A DNA stretch of 32,000 nucleotides, from positions 1,950,001-1,982,000 of the forward strand of contig NC_013849.1 in the NCBI RefSeq assembly GCF_000025505.1, given 5' to 3'. Shown here piece after piece: positions 7,929 through 16,057 of this stretch. The DNA comes from Ferroglobus placidus DSM 10642. GTDB lineage: Archaea > Halobacteriota > Archaeoglobi > Archaeoglobales > Archaeoglobaceae. The notes beneath the pieces were generated by a model, which saw only the letters and a program-made list of their open reading frames with translations, was not told the DNA's origin and did no database searches. The stretch's first letter is position 1. Each line of letters opens with the position of its first letter. The position numbers and the translations under genes were made by a program.

Positions 7929-8611
7929 GAGCCGGACCTGGAGATCCCGAGCTTCTAACCCTGAAAGCCTACAAACTTTTGAAAGAAGCGGATCTAATAA
8001 TCTACCCCGGGTCTCTCATCGAAGAGGACTTTCTCAAAGAGTTCGAAGGAAAGAAGGTTAACAGCTACGGAATGAAACTTGAGGAGATCGTTAGCCTGAT
8101 AGAGAAAGCTGTGAAAGAAGGGAAAAAGGTGGTAAGGCTTCAAAGCGGAGATCCGAGCATTTACGGAGCGATAAACGAGCAGATAAGAGAGCTCGAAAAA
8201 AGAGGGATAGACGTTGAAGTAATTCCGGGGGTTAGCAGCATTTTCGCTTCCGCAGCCGCTTTGAAATCAGAACTCACGTCTCCAGAAGTTCCGTCGGTTG
8301 TGATAACGAGACCGGCAGGAAAAACTCTAAAAGAGGATGAGATCGAGGAGTTTGCAAAAACCAACTCGACTCTCGTAATTCTTCTCGGAGTAGATAAAAT
8401 AGATGAGATCGTGAAAAAAGTTTCCAAGCATAGGAGCATTGAAGAGCCGGCTGCTGTCGTTTACAAAGCTTCGAGGAAGGAGGAGAAGGTCGTAGTTGGA
8501 ACGCTCGGAGACATTGCGGAGAAGGTGAAGAGGGAGGGAATAAAAAGAACTGCCGTAATAATTATAGGCAGAAGCTTAAAAAAAGAGGGGAGGTCGATAC
8601 TATACGCGTAG
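7904..8611 (+). CDS. cbiF: Cobalt-precorrin-4 C11-methyltransferase (CbiF)
   Basis: [64 protein letters not shown]; start placed at internal Met 7904. Confidence 0.93.
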   Translation: [235 protein letters not shown]

Positions 8612-9294
8612 CGGTCGTCGGGTTCGAAAGGGATAAAGATAAAATTGAGAAGATCGCCGAATTCTTGAAAGCTGATCTTTTCTTTTACGAAAAGGGAATC
8701 TGGGAGAAGGTAATCGATTACGACTGCATAGTAGCTATGATGCCGAGCGGGATAGTGGTAAGGCAGATGTGTCCTCTATTAAAAAGCAAGTGGGAAGATC
8801 CAGCTATTGTCATCGTTGACAAATCTATGAGTTACGCGATCCCTATCCTCGGAGGTCATCACGGGGGAAACGAGGTTGCTAAAAAGCTTGAAGGAATGGG
8901 AATGAAAGCGGTTATAACTACAGCTATGGAGTTTCAGGAGGGTTTGTTCGTCGGATTGGGATGTAGAAGAGGAATTAAAGCTGAGGAGATTTTTAAAGCC
9001 GTGAAAAACGCTCTCGAAGAAATAGGAGGAAGATTTGAAGATGTTGTAGCTTTCGCAACAGCTGAGCTGAAAAGGAACGAAAAAGGCTTGATTGAGTTTG
9101 CCGATAAGCTGAAAAAACCGCTAATTTTCCTGAAAAAAGAAGAGCTGAATTCGGTAAAAGTTGGTAAGAGTAAAGCGGAAATCGTCGGGTTGAACAGCGT
9201 TGCCGAAGCTGCAGCTGTATACATCTCAAAAAAGAAGGAGTTAATACTCCCCAAGAGAGTTTACGGGGGTGTAACAGTTGCGATCGCAAGGTAA
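8602..9294 (+). CDS. cbiG: Cobalt-precorrin-5A hydrolase (CbiG), start codon uncertain (ATA at 8602 or TTG at 8665)
   Basis: MPSGIVVRQMCPLLKSKWEDPAIVIVDKSMSYAIPILGGHHGGNEVAKKL and GLGCRRGIKAEEI are CbiG hallmarks. Homology-like N-terminal strand IRVAVVGFERDKDKIEKIAEF lies upstream of the only standard start. Confidence 0.85.
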   Translation: MRVAVVGFERDKDKIEKIAEFLKADLFFYEKGIWEKVIDYDCIVAMMPSGIVVRQMCPLLKSKWEDPAIVIVDKSMSYAIPILGGHHGGNEVAKKLEGMGMKAVITTAMEFQEGLFVGLGCRRGIKAEEIFKAVKNALEEIGGRFEDVVAFATAELKRNEKGLIEFADKLKKPLIFLKKEELNSVKVGKSKAEIVGLNSVAEAAAVYISKKKELILPKRVYGGVTVAIAR

Positions 9295-10024
9295 GCTCTA
9301 CATCGTAGGAATAGGACCGGGATGCAGAGAGTTGATGACTCTAAAAGCGAAAAAAGCTATTGAAAGTTCCGATTACGTTATAGGGCATAAAAGATACGTC
9401 GATTTCGTCAGGGATCTCGTTAAAGGAAAGATTATTGAGAGCGGGATGGGGAGGGAGGTTGAAAGGGTAAGGCTTGCTGTCGAGCTCGCAAAAAATAACG
9501 TCGTGAGCCTCGTGAGCGGAGGAGATCCATGCGTTTACGGAATTGCACCTCTCGTTATAGAATACATTCAGTCGAAAGGTGTAAGCGTCGACTACGAAAT
9601 AATTCCGGGAGTTTCGGCTTTGAATTCAGCCTCTCCTCTCCTTGGCTCTCCTATCAGCGGAGATCATGCTGTTGTAAGCCTAAGCGACCTTCTCGTCCCG
9701 TGGGAAATAATCGAGAGGAGGCTTAGAAAAGCTTTAGAGGGGGATTTCGTTATAGCTATCTACAACCCTTCGAGCAGGAAAAGGAAGGGCAATTTAGAGA
9801 AAGCCATGAAAATAGTAATGGAGCACAGAGGAGACGTCTTCGTTGGAGTCGTGAAAAACGCTTGCAGAGAAGGAGAAGAAGTGAGAATTATGAAGTGTAG
9901 CGAGGTAATAAGTTCGGATTTCGTGGATATGAGCACGATAATATTCGTTCCGAATTCTGAAACTGTAATCAAGAATGGAATGATGCTAACTCCTCGCGGT
10001 TATTCGAGGAAATACGAGGTGTGA
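9278..10024 (+). CDS. cbiH: Cobalt-precorrin-3B C17-methyltransferase (CbiH)
   Basis: GKLYIVGIGPGCRELMTLKAKKAIESSDYVIGHKRYVDFV, LVSGGDPCVYGIAPLVIE, IPGVSALNSASPLLGSPISGDHAVVSLSDLLVPWEIIERRL. Confidence 0.93.
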   Translation: MRSQGKLYIVGIGPGCRELMTLKAKKAIESSDYVIGHKRYVDFVRDLVKGKIIESGMGREVERVRLAVELAKNNVVSLVSGGDPCVYGIAPLVIEYIQSKGVSVDYEIIPGVSALNSASPLLGSPISGDHAVVSLSDLLVPWEIIERRLRKALEGDFVIAIYNPSSRKRKGNLEKAMKIVMEHRGDVFVGVVKNACREGEEVRIMKCSEVISSDFVDMSTIIFVPNSETVIKNGMMLTPRGYSRKYEV

Positions 10025-10626
10025 AGATGCAAGATATGGGAGAAAACTCGATTGACGGAAAAGAAATCGTTAGGAAAAGTTACGAAATCGTGAAAAAGTA
10101 CGTTAAGGGAGAAACGGCAGAAGAAAAGGTAATCCAGCGATGCATCATAGCCACTGGAGATCCGACTGTTAAAGATCTTATTGTTTTTAAAGGAGATGCG
10201 ATAAAAGCCGGAGTTGAGGCTTTAAAAGCTGGAGAGAACATAATTTGCGACGTGAAAATGGTTGAAGTGGGAATAAACAAGAGAAAGATAAGATCCAAAA
10301 CCTACGTGGCTGTAGAAGTTGGAAGAGATGAAAAGATGACCCGCGCAATGAGCGGGATGTACAGGCTTAAAGATAAAATGGACGGAGCAATTTTAGCAAT
10401 AGGTAACGCTCCAAGCGCCGCCATAGCAGTTTACAATCTAATCAGAGAAGGCGTTAAGCCTTCTCTCGTCATCGCAACTCCAGTTGGCTTCGTTAATGCC
10501 GCTGAATCCAAAGAGATGATAAGGAGCTTGGAAGTTCCGAGCATAACCACCGTTGGCACGAGGGGAGGATCGGCAATTTGCGTGGCGATAGTTAACGCTT
10601 TGATAGACCTATGCGAGACCCTATAG
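10021..10626 (+). CDS. cbiC: Cobalt-precorrin-8 methylmutase (CbiC)
   Basis: IVRKSYEIV, RCIIATGDPTVKDLIVF, GNAPSAAIAVYNLI, ATPVGFVNAAESKEMI are typical. Confidence 0.93.
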   Translation: MKMQDMGENSIDGKEIVRKSYEIVKKYVKGETAEEKVIQRCIIATGDPTVKDLIVFKGDAIKAGVEALKAGENIICDVKMVEVGINKRKIRSKTYVAVEVGRDEKMTRAMSGMYRLKDKMDGAILAIGNAPSAAIAVYNLIREGVKPSLVIATPVGFVNAAESKEMIRSLEVPSITTVGTRGGSAICVAIVNALIDLCETL

Positions 10627-11534
10627 AGCTGTATCGCTATCCGGAAGATTGGGTGAAAAAAGCCGCTGAGAGTGAGGGTTTGAAGAGCGTTAGGGAGAAA
10701 ATAAAAAGCGGGCTTTACATACTCTCTAAAGACGGTTGGATCAGAAGGGGAATTACTACGGCAACAACGGCTTCAGCTGCGATAGTTGGGGCTATAGCGT
10801 CAACGAAAGGTGAAAGTAAATATGTGGAAGTTTCAACTCCCGCTGGAATAAACGTCAGCGTTAAAGTTAAAGCCGAGAACGGAAGATGCGTCGCTAAAAA
10901 ATTCGCCGGGGATCACGCTTTCGACAGAACGGATGGTATAGAGATTGTTGCGAGAGTTATGGAAGAAGATGGAATACGTTTCGGCAGGGGGATTGGCGTA
11001 AAAAACGGAAAGAAGGCTGTTAGCGAGAATGCTAAAAAGCAGATTGAAGAAAATTTTAAGAGAGCTTGCAAAGAGTTCGATTTTAAAGGGGGAGTGGAAG
11101 TGGAAATTCCCGAAGGGGAGAAGCTCTGCAAAATTACCGGGAACGAGAGGGTTGGAATTAGAGGTGGAATATCTTTGCTCGGCTCCACCGGCTTCGTCGA
11201 ACCTTGGTGCGAAAAACTCGTTAGAACGAAAGCCGAGATATTGAAGCAATACGATAGAGTTGCGATAACAACTGGCAGAGAGGGGTTCAGATACGCTTTA
11301 AAGAACTTCAACAATTTTCAACCCTTCGTCTTCGGAGTTTACATCGACGAAGCTTTAAAAAATGCGAGAGGAGAAGTTATCATAGTTGGAAAACCGGCTT
11401 TACTCGTTAAATGGGCTGTTCCCGAGCTTAGGGGAAGGTTAATTGGAGACGAAGACGTTTCGAAGTATAGGAGAAAAGTTATTGAGAAGGCTAAAGAGTT
11501 AAATGAGAATGTCGTAGATGTCGTGCTGATCTGA
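10611..11534 (+). CDS. cbiD: Cobalt-precorrin-5B C1-methyltransferase (CbiD)
   Basis: RRGITTATTASAAIVGAI, AGDHAFDRTDGIEI, GGISLLGSTGFVEPWCEK, ITTGREG patterns. Confidence 0.93.
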   Translation: MRDPIELYRYPEDWVKKAAESEGLKSVREKIKSGLYILSKDGWIRRGITTATTASAAIVGAIASTKGESKYVEVSTPAGINVSVKVKAENGRCVAKKFAGDHAFDRTDGIEIVARVMEEDGIRFGRGIGVKNGKKAVSENAKKQIEENFKRACKEFDFKGGVEVEIPEGEKLCKITGNERVGIRGGISLLGSTGFVEPWCEKLVRTKAEILKQYDRVAITTGREGFRYALKNFNNFQPFVFGVYIDEALKNARGEVIIVGKPALLVKWAVPELRGRLIGDEDVSKYRRKVIEKAKELNENVVDVVLI

Positions 11535-11535
11535 A

Positions 11536-12078
11536 ATGCTTTACGTAGTCGGAGTTGGGGCAGCAAAGGGGTACTTGACGGACAGAGCCAAGGAGATAAT
11601 ATCGAAAGCTGAAGTAGTTTACGGAAGCGAAAGAGCGATTGAGTACGCGAAGGAATTTATAAGGGGAGAGATTAGGGTTCTGAAAAAATTCGGAAAGGAT
11701 GTTTACGAGGAAATAGAGAGGGAAGCTAAAGATAAGAAAGTCGTCGTTCTTTCAACCGGCGATCCGATGGTTTCCGGGTTGGGAAAGAAGATTAACGGAA
11801 TTGTTGAGCCGGGAATAAGCAGCGTCCAGCTCGCTTTAGCAAAGCTAAGGGTTGATTTGTGCGAGGTTGTAGTAGTGGATTCCCACGGAAAAGACAGCTA
11901 CGACGAAATAGAGAAAGCTCTGGAGTTCAGAGGAAAGGTTTTGGTTTTGGCTGACAAAAATTTCGATCTGAGCAAAGTTAAGGGTAGAGTTATCGTTCTC
12001 GAAAATCTCGGATTGGAGGACGAAAGAGTTGGAGAGGATATAAAAAGCGACCTCGCTATAGTTTACGTGGAGAGGTGA
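11536..12078 (+). CDS. cbiE: Cobalt-precorrin-7 C5-methyltransferase (CbiE)
   Basis: MLYVVGVGAAKGYLTDRAKEII, VVVLSTGDPMVSGLG, VEPGISSVQLALAKL, VVVDSHGKD; adjacent to cbiD. Confidence 0.9.
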   Translation: MLYVVGVGAAKGYLTDRAKEIISKAEVVYGSERAIEYAKEFIRGEIRVLKKFGKDVYEEIEREAKDKKVVVLSTGDPMVSGLGKKINGIVEPGISSVQLALAKLRVDLCEVVVVDSHGKDSYDEIEKALEFRGKVLVLADKNFDLSKVKGRVIVLENLGLEDERVGEDIKSDLAIVYVER

Positions 12079-12082
12079 GGAA

Positions 12083-12601
12083 ATGAGGCTGCTTTGCTTG
12101 TCTGACACGCACTGCGAAAAACTCGAGGATTTGCCCAAGAAAGTCTTAGATTTAATGGACGAAGTCGACTTAGTCGTTCATGCCGGAGATTTCACTTCTC
12201 TCTCCTTATACGAGGAAATAGAAAGGAGGAAAGAAATCTTCGCCGTTCGAGGCAATGCAGATGACGAGGAGTTGAAAAAGCTGCTTCCGGAGGAGGTTAC
12301 TTTTGAAGTAGAGGGTGTTAGGTTTGGAGTTGTGCATAGGGGAAATTACCTTAACGAGTTTTACGACCTCGGATACAAAGCAAAAGAGCTTGGGGTGAAA
12401 GTCCTCGTCTTCGGACACGTTCACAGATTCGTCCTTCAGCAGTTCGGCGACGTTATCGTCCTCTGCCCCGGAAGTCCAACTCAGCCGAGGCTTTCGGTGG
12501 CGAGCTGTGCGGTTTTGAAAGTCGAAAACGGAAAAGTTAACGTGGAGTTCGTTATAGCCGATGAAGTTGCATGCGGAATGGATGTGAGGTTGAAAACATG
12601 A
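12083..12601 (+). CDS. YfcE/MJ0936-type metallophosphoesterase
   Basis: MRLLCLSDTHCEKL, VVHAGDFTS, AVRGNADD, VVHRGNY, VLVFGHVHRFVLQ, CPGSPTQPR. Confidence 0.88.
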   Translation: MRLLCLSDTHCEKLEDLPKKVLDLMDEVDLVVHAGDFTSLSLYEEIERRKEIFAVRGNADDEELKKLLPEEVTFEVEGVRFGVVHRGNYLNEFYDLGYKAKELGVKVLVFGHVHRFVLQQFGDVIVLCPGSPTQPRLSVASCAVLKVENGKVNVEFVIADEVACGMDVRLKT

Positions 12602-13266
12602 AGGTGTTCAAAGTTTCCGAAGTTGGGGAAGATTTGAGGAAACTCGGTAGGCTTGCGGTTCTGAGAAAGGAGGGGGAAAAGATAATCGTCGAAGGGGATG
12701 GCGAGAAGTTCGAGATGAAAAACGACTTGAAAAGAGCTTTATCAGCTTTAGCATCGATGGGCTACGAGTTTGCTGCTCTCCTGAACCTGGAAGGAGAGAT
12801 AGGCGTTCCCATAAAAGAGGTGAAAAGAGCTGAGGAAATTTTAAAGCTTGAGGATTTCGAAACTTTGGAAAGCATAGTGGAAAAGCTGAAGAGGAGAGGG
12901 GAAAAGTGCGGAGCCATCGGAATTTTTGTGGGTTTCGTCAGAGAAATAAACGAGGGAAAGAGGGTTCTCAAACTCGAATACGAGAGGTTCGATGAAATGT
13001 ACTTCGAAAAGCTTAGAGAAATAGAGGAGAGGATTGAAAAATTCGACGGGGTTTACGGAGTTAAAATCTACCACAAAATCGGAGAAGTTTTGCCGAGGGA
13101 GGATATAGTTTACGTGGCTGTAATGAGCGATCACAGGAAGAATCTGTGGGACGCTTTGATTGAAGCGGTTGAAAGCTTTAAAAAAGAGCTTCCCGTTTGG
13201 AAGAAAGAGGTTTACGAAGACGGGGAAATCTGGGCTCACGATAGGGATTTAAAGAAGAGAGATTAG
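12598..13266 (+). CDS. moaE: Molybdopterin synthase catalytic subunit (MoaE) with ~80-aa uncharacterised N-terminal extension
   Basis: C-terminal part has GAIGIFVGFVREINEGKRVLKLEYERF, KIYHKIGEVLPREDIVYVAVMSDHR, KKELPVWKKEVYEDG; start at Met 12598 overlaps the upstream stop (ATGA). Confidence 0.87.
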   Translation: MKVFKVSEVGEDLRKLGRLAVLRKEGEKIIVEGDGEKFEMKNDLKRALSALASMGYEFAALLNLEGEIGVPIKEVKRAEEILKLEDFETLESIVEKLKRRGEKCGAIGIFVGFVREINEGKRVLKLEYERFDEMYFEKLREIEERIEKFDGVYGVKIYHKIGEVLPREDIVYVAVMSDHRKNLWDALIEAVESFKKELPVWKKEVYEDGEIWAHDRDLKKRD

Positions 13267-13947
13267 TTCCTTCAAAACGACTTCTCCTTCTTCTTTGTTC
13301 GAGGCTGTTGTTATTACGTAGATCTGCTGCACCGCTGCCCCGTGAATCAGCAGAGCTCTTATGTTCCCTCTATCGTCGCTCCTCGTTAACTTGATCCTAA
13401 CTCCTCCCTGAGATGTTCCCTTGTTCTCGATAACCCCCGGAACTACCTTTTTAACGTAGGGAGACCTCGCGAGCTTCATGATCAAATTAAACCCCTCTCT
13501 CCCACCAATTATTGTAGAATGAGCGCCGCTGATCTTCTCCTCCGGATCGACGTAGACTTTTTTGATCTTGCGAACTCTCTTGAAAAACTCGACGAGCTTT
13601 CCCACGAATTCGTCAAAATTCATGTCGTCAGTTACGAGGACTTCCAAATCGCTCAGAGCAAACTTGGAAATCATCGAAGCGACGAAATCTTTCCTCTCTC
13701 CAGAAACAACGACTCTGTCCACTCTCCTCTCGTGAATTCTTTCGGCGCAGATTTCGAAGAGGTTTCTGAGGGAGACTTCGTCGTCGTAAACTTTGAAAGC
13801 GAGAGTTTCTACATCTTCCCCAATAAAAACGAGCTTCAACTTCTCGTTCTCAAGGTATGCTCCGCAGCCGTAAGCGTTTCTTTCTCCGCAATACAAACAA
13901 AAAGAGGTTTTACTCAACAACCTGTTTCCGCAGTTTTTACACCTCAT
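13249..13947 (-). CDS. Zinc-ribbon plus DUF2103 domain protein
   Basis: N-terminal MRCKNCGNRLLSKTSFCLYCGERN zinc ribbon and GAHSTIIGGREGFNLIMKLARSPYVKKVVPGVIENKGTSQGGVRIKLTRSDDRGNIRALLIHGAAVQQIYVITTA matching the DUF2103 pattern. Confidence 0.75.
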   Translation of the reverse strand: MRCKNCGNRLLSKTSFCLYCGERNAYGCGAYLENEKLKLVFIGEDVETLAFKVYDDEVSLRNLFEICAERIHERRVDRVVVSGERKDFVASMISKFALSDLEVLVTDDMNFDEFVGKLVEFFKRVRKIKKVYVDPEEKISGAHSTIIGGREGFNLIMKLARSPYVKKVVPGVIENKGTSQGGVRIKLTRSDDRGNIRALLIHGAAVQQIYVITTASNKEEGEVVLKELISLL

Positions 13948-14627
13948 CCCATCAATCTGATTATGTTTTTGAGCATGTAAAAGCTATCCTTCAAAAGCTT
14001 AACTTTTGAGTTCTCCTCGTGCCTCCATTTTACCGGAATCTCCTTTATCCGATAACCCTTCCTCTGAGCGAGTATCAGCAGTTCCGTGTCGAAGAACCAG
14101 TGGTTGTCTTTAACTTTGAAGAATAAATCTTCAGCCACCTCTCTCCTTAAAGCTTTGAAACCGCATTGGTGATCCCTTATACTCGATTTCAGAAGAAGCC
14201 TAACGAGGAAGTTGTAAACCCTCGAAGGAATTTCTCGAGAGAGAGGTCTTTTAGCGTCGCTCTCTTTCAATAGCCTTGATCCGATCACTATGTCGTAATC
14301 TCTTATGTTGTCGATTAAGTCCTTTAAATGAGAAATGTCGGTAGATAAGTCTGCGTCCATGTAAATTATCACTTCCCCTCTCGACTCTTTCAGCGCTCTC
14401 CTCAAAGCCTCTCCTCTTCCGAGCCTTTCGTCGCTGTGGAGGTGCTTTACGAAATCGTAGGTTTCGGCAAGCTTCGAGGCTATCTTATCCGTCCCGTCCG
14501 TAGAACCGTCTTCGGCTATGATTATTTCGAAATCCAATCCGAGCTTTTTCGCTTCTTCGGCAGTTCTTAAAACCGCTTCCTCTATCTTTTCAGCCTCGTT
14601 GTGGGCTGGAAATATTATCGATATCAT
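13944..14627 (-). CDS. GT2 glycosyltransferase, dolichyl-phosphate sugar synthase-like
   Basis: MISIIFPAHNEAEKIEEAVLRT, IIAEDGSTDGTDKIA, VIYMDADLSTDI, VIGSRLL, DHQCGFKALRREV, WFFDTELL, VKWRHEENSKVKLLKDSFYML. Confidence 0.9.
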   Translation of the reverse strand: MISIIFPAHNEAEKIEEAVLRTAEEAKKLGLDFEIIIAEDGSTDGTDKIASKLAETYDFVKHLHSDERLGRGEALRRALKESRGEVIIYMDADLSTDISHLKDLIDNIRDYDIVIGSRLLKESDAKRPLSREIPSRVYNFLVRLLLKSSIRDHQCGFKALRREVAEDLFFKVKDNHWFFDTELLILAQRKGYRIKEIPVKWRHEENSKVKLLKDSFYMLKNIIRLMG

Positions 14628-15541
14628 AGCCTCTTCACCTTTATAGCGTAGTTCTTGTAAGTCACGTATCCTTCTCCACTTCCCTTGTAGAGCTTAAACC
14701 TCCCAAGTTTCTTAACACTTACCTTTCCCTCTTTTTTGAACTCTTCCATCATGTCAGCGAGACTTTTTCCGTAGGAGAACTCGAAGAGAATTGAAGGAGT
14801 CGTGAGTCTTGCGTTAACCTCTATGAGATACAGCTCCTCTCCGAGAACGAAATCAACTCCGAAGTAACCCTTCAAGCCTTTTATCTTTTCCACAACTCTG
14901 CAACCGATCTCCTCGATCTCCTCCTTTAAATCTTCATCAACTTCGAAGGGAACGACAGCACCTCTGTACTCGAAGTTTTCGAGAATTTGCTCGTTAACGC
15001 TCAGAAGGGTAACGTCGTCCGTAGCCAAGTAACTCGCGCTTATCGGCTTTCCCTCAACGAACTTTTGAGCTACGAAGTTTTCTGGAACTTCTCCTCCAAT
15101 CCTTATGTTTTCTCCACCGCACGAAACTCTCGGCTTAACAACGTACTTCCCCTCTAATTTGCTCAAAGACGTTTTTGGCATTTTCACGACTTTTCTCAGC
15201 CTTTTGTAAAGCTCGTACTTGTCGGAGGTAACTTTCACAGCTTCACTTTCAGCTCCAAGGTTCTCAACGCCAAATTCCTCAACCTTTTTCGTTAACTCGT
15301 AGAGAATAAAATCGTTTTCCGGAGCTACAATTAAAGCAGCATCAGCTTCTTTTAGGCAATCTTCAAAGGATTTTGAGGGAAAGGGAAAAACTGACTGAAA
15401 CTCCTTCTTTACCCCACTCACGAGGGAGTAATACTTGGAAAAGTTGAGCATGGATTTGAACATTGCTAAACCTTCAACAGCGATGCTGTCCGGAAGCTCT
15501 CCCAAGCAGGTAGCAAATTCAAAAATGAAGAGCTTTTTCAT
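14624..15541 (-). CDS. ATP-grasp domain protein, possibly tyramine-glutamate ligase-like (MfnD)
   Basis: KYVVKPRVSCGGENIRI, FVAQKFVEGKPISASYLA, YFGVDFVLGEELYLIEVNARLTTPS; N-terminus MKKLFIFEFATCLGELPDSIAVEGLAMFKSML resembles the MfnD group. Subfamily call is tentative. Confidence 0.75.
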   Translation of the reverse strand: MKKLFIFEFATCLGELPDSIAVEGLAMFKSMLNFSKYYSLVSGVKKEFQSVFPFPSKSFEDCLKEADAALIVAPENDFILYELTKKVEEFGVENLGAESEAVKVTSDKYELYKRLRKVVKMPKTSLSKLEGKYVVKPRVSCGGENIRIGGEVPENFVAQKFVEGKPISASYLATDDVTLLSVNEQILENFEYRGAVVPFEVDEDLKEEIEEIGCRVVEKIKGLKGYFGVDFVLGEELYLIEVNARLTTPSILFEFSYGKSLADMMEEFKKEGKVSVKKLGRFKLYKGSGEGYVTYKNYAIKVKRL

Positions 15542-16023
15542 TCCTCGTCCTCATTCAAGCATATGGCGATGTCGGCAGCATTTTTTAAAGCTGCCGAAAA
15601 TCCCGGCTCCGCTCCGATAATTATCGTCTCCTTTCCCTTCTCCATCGCTTTTTGAAGCACAGCTTTAAAGTCAGCGTCTCTTGTAACGAGAGCGAGAACG
15701 TCTATCGAGTCGTTGTATATTATCTCCATAGCTTCAACCGCCATCTTGACGTCCACGTCTCCTGAAGTAACGACCGGCTCGAATCCCTGATTCTCTATAG
15801 CCTCAACGAGTTTCTCTCCAGCGTATTGGTTTATGAAGACCTTCGCAATTTTCACATCCCCGTAGCTATCGAGGATTTCTCTGATTTCTTTGAGATTCAA
15901 ATTGAACTCCTTTCTGAGCATGTTCGGTCCGTCGACGAGAACTCCTATTTTCTTCCTCCCCTCTTTCCTTGCTGAGAGGTACTCTTTAATTCTCTGAATA
16001 CCAATCTTTTGCTTAATTGCCAT
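15538..16023 (-). CDS. NYN domain (LabA/DUF88-like, TIGR00288 type) protein
   Basis: KIGVLVDGPNMLRKEFNLNL, VTSGDVDVKMAVEAME, LALVTRDADFKAVLQKAMEKGKETIIIG: four-acidic-residue NYN nuclease pattern. Confidence 0.85.
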   Translation of the reverse strand: MAIKQKIGIQRIKEYLSARKEGRKKIGVLVDGPNMLRKEFNLNLKEIREILDSYGDVKIAKVFINQYAGEKLVEAIENQGFEPVVTSGDVDVKMAVEAMEIIYNDSIDVLALVTRDADFKAVLQKAMEKGKETIIIGAEPGFSAALKNAADIAICLNEDEE

Positions 16024-16057
16024 CGACGACCACCGTAATATCTAAAATTATTCTACA

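Noticed and set aside
13519-13980. 153-aa plus-strand ORF opposite the DUF2103 gene
   Set aside because: Completely overlapped by a gene with a clear zinc ribbon and DUF2103 pattern; likely noise.
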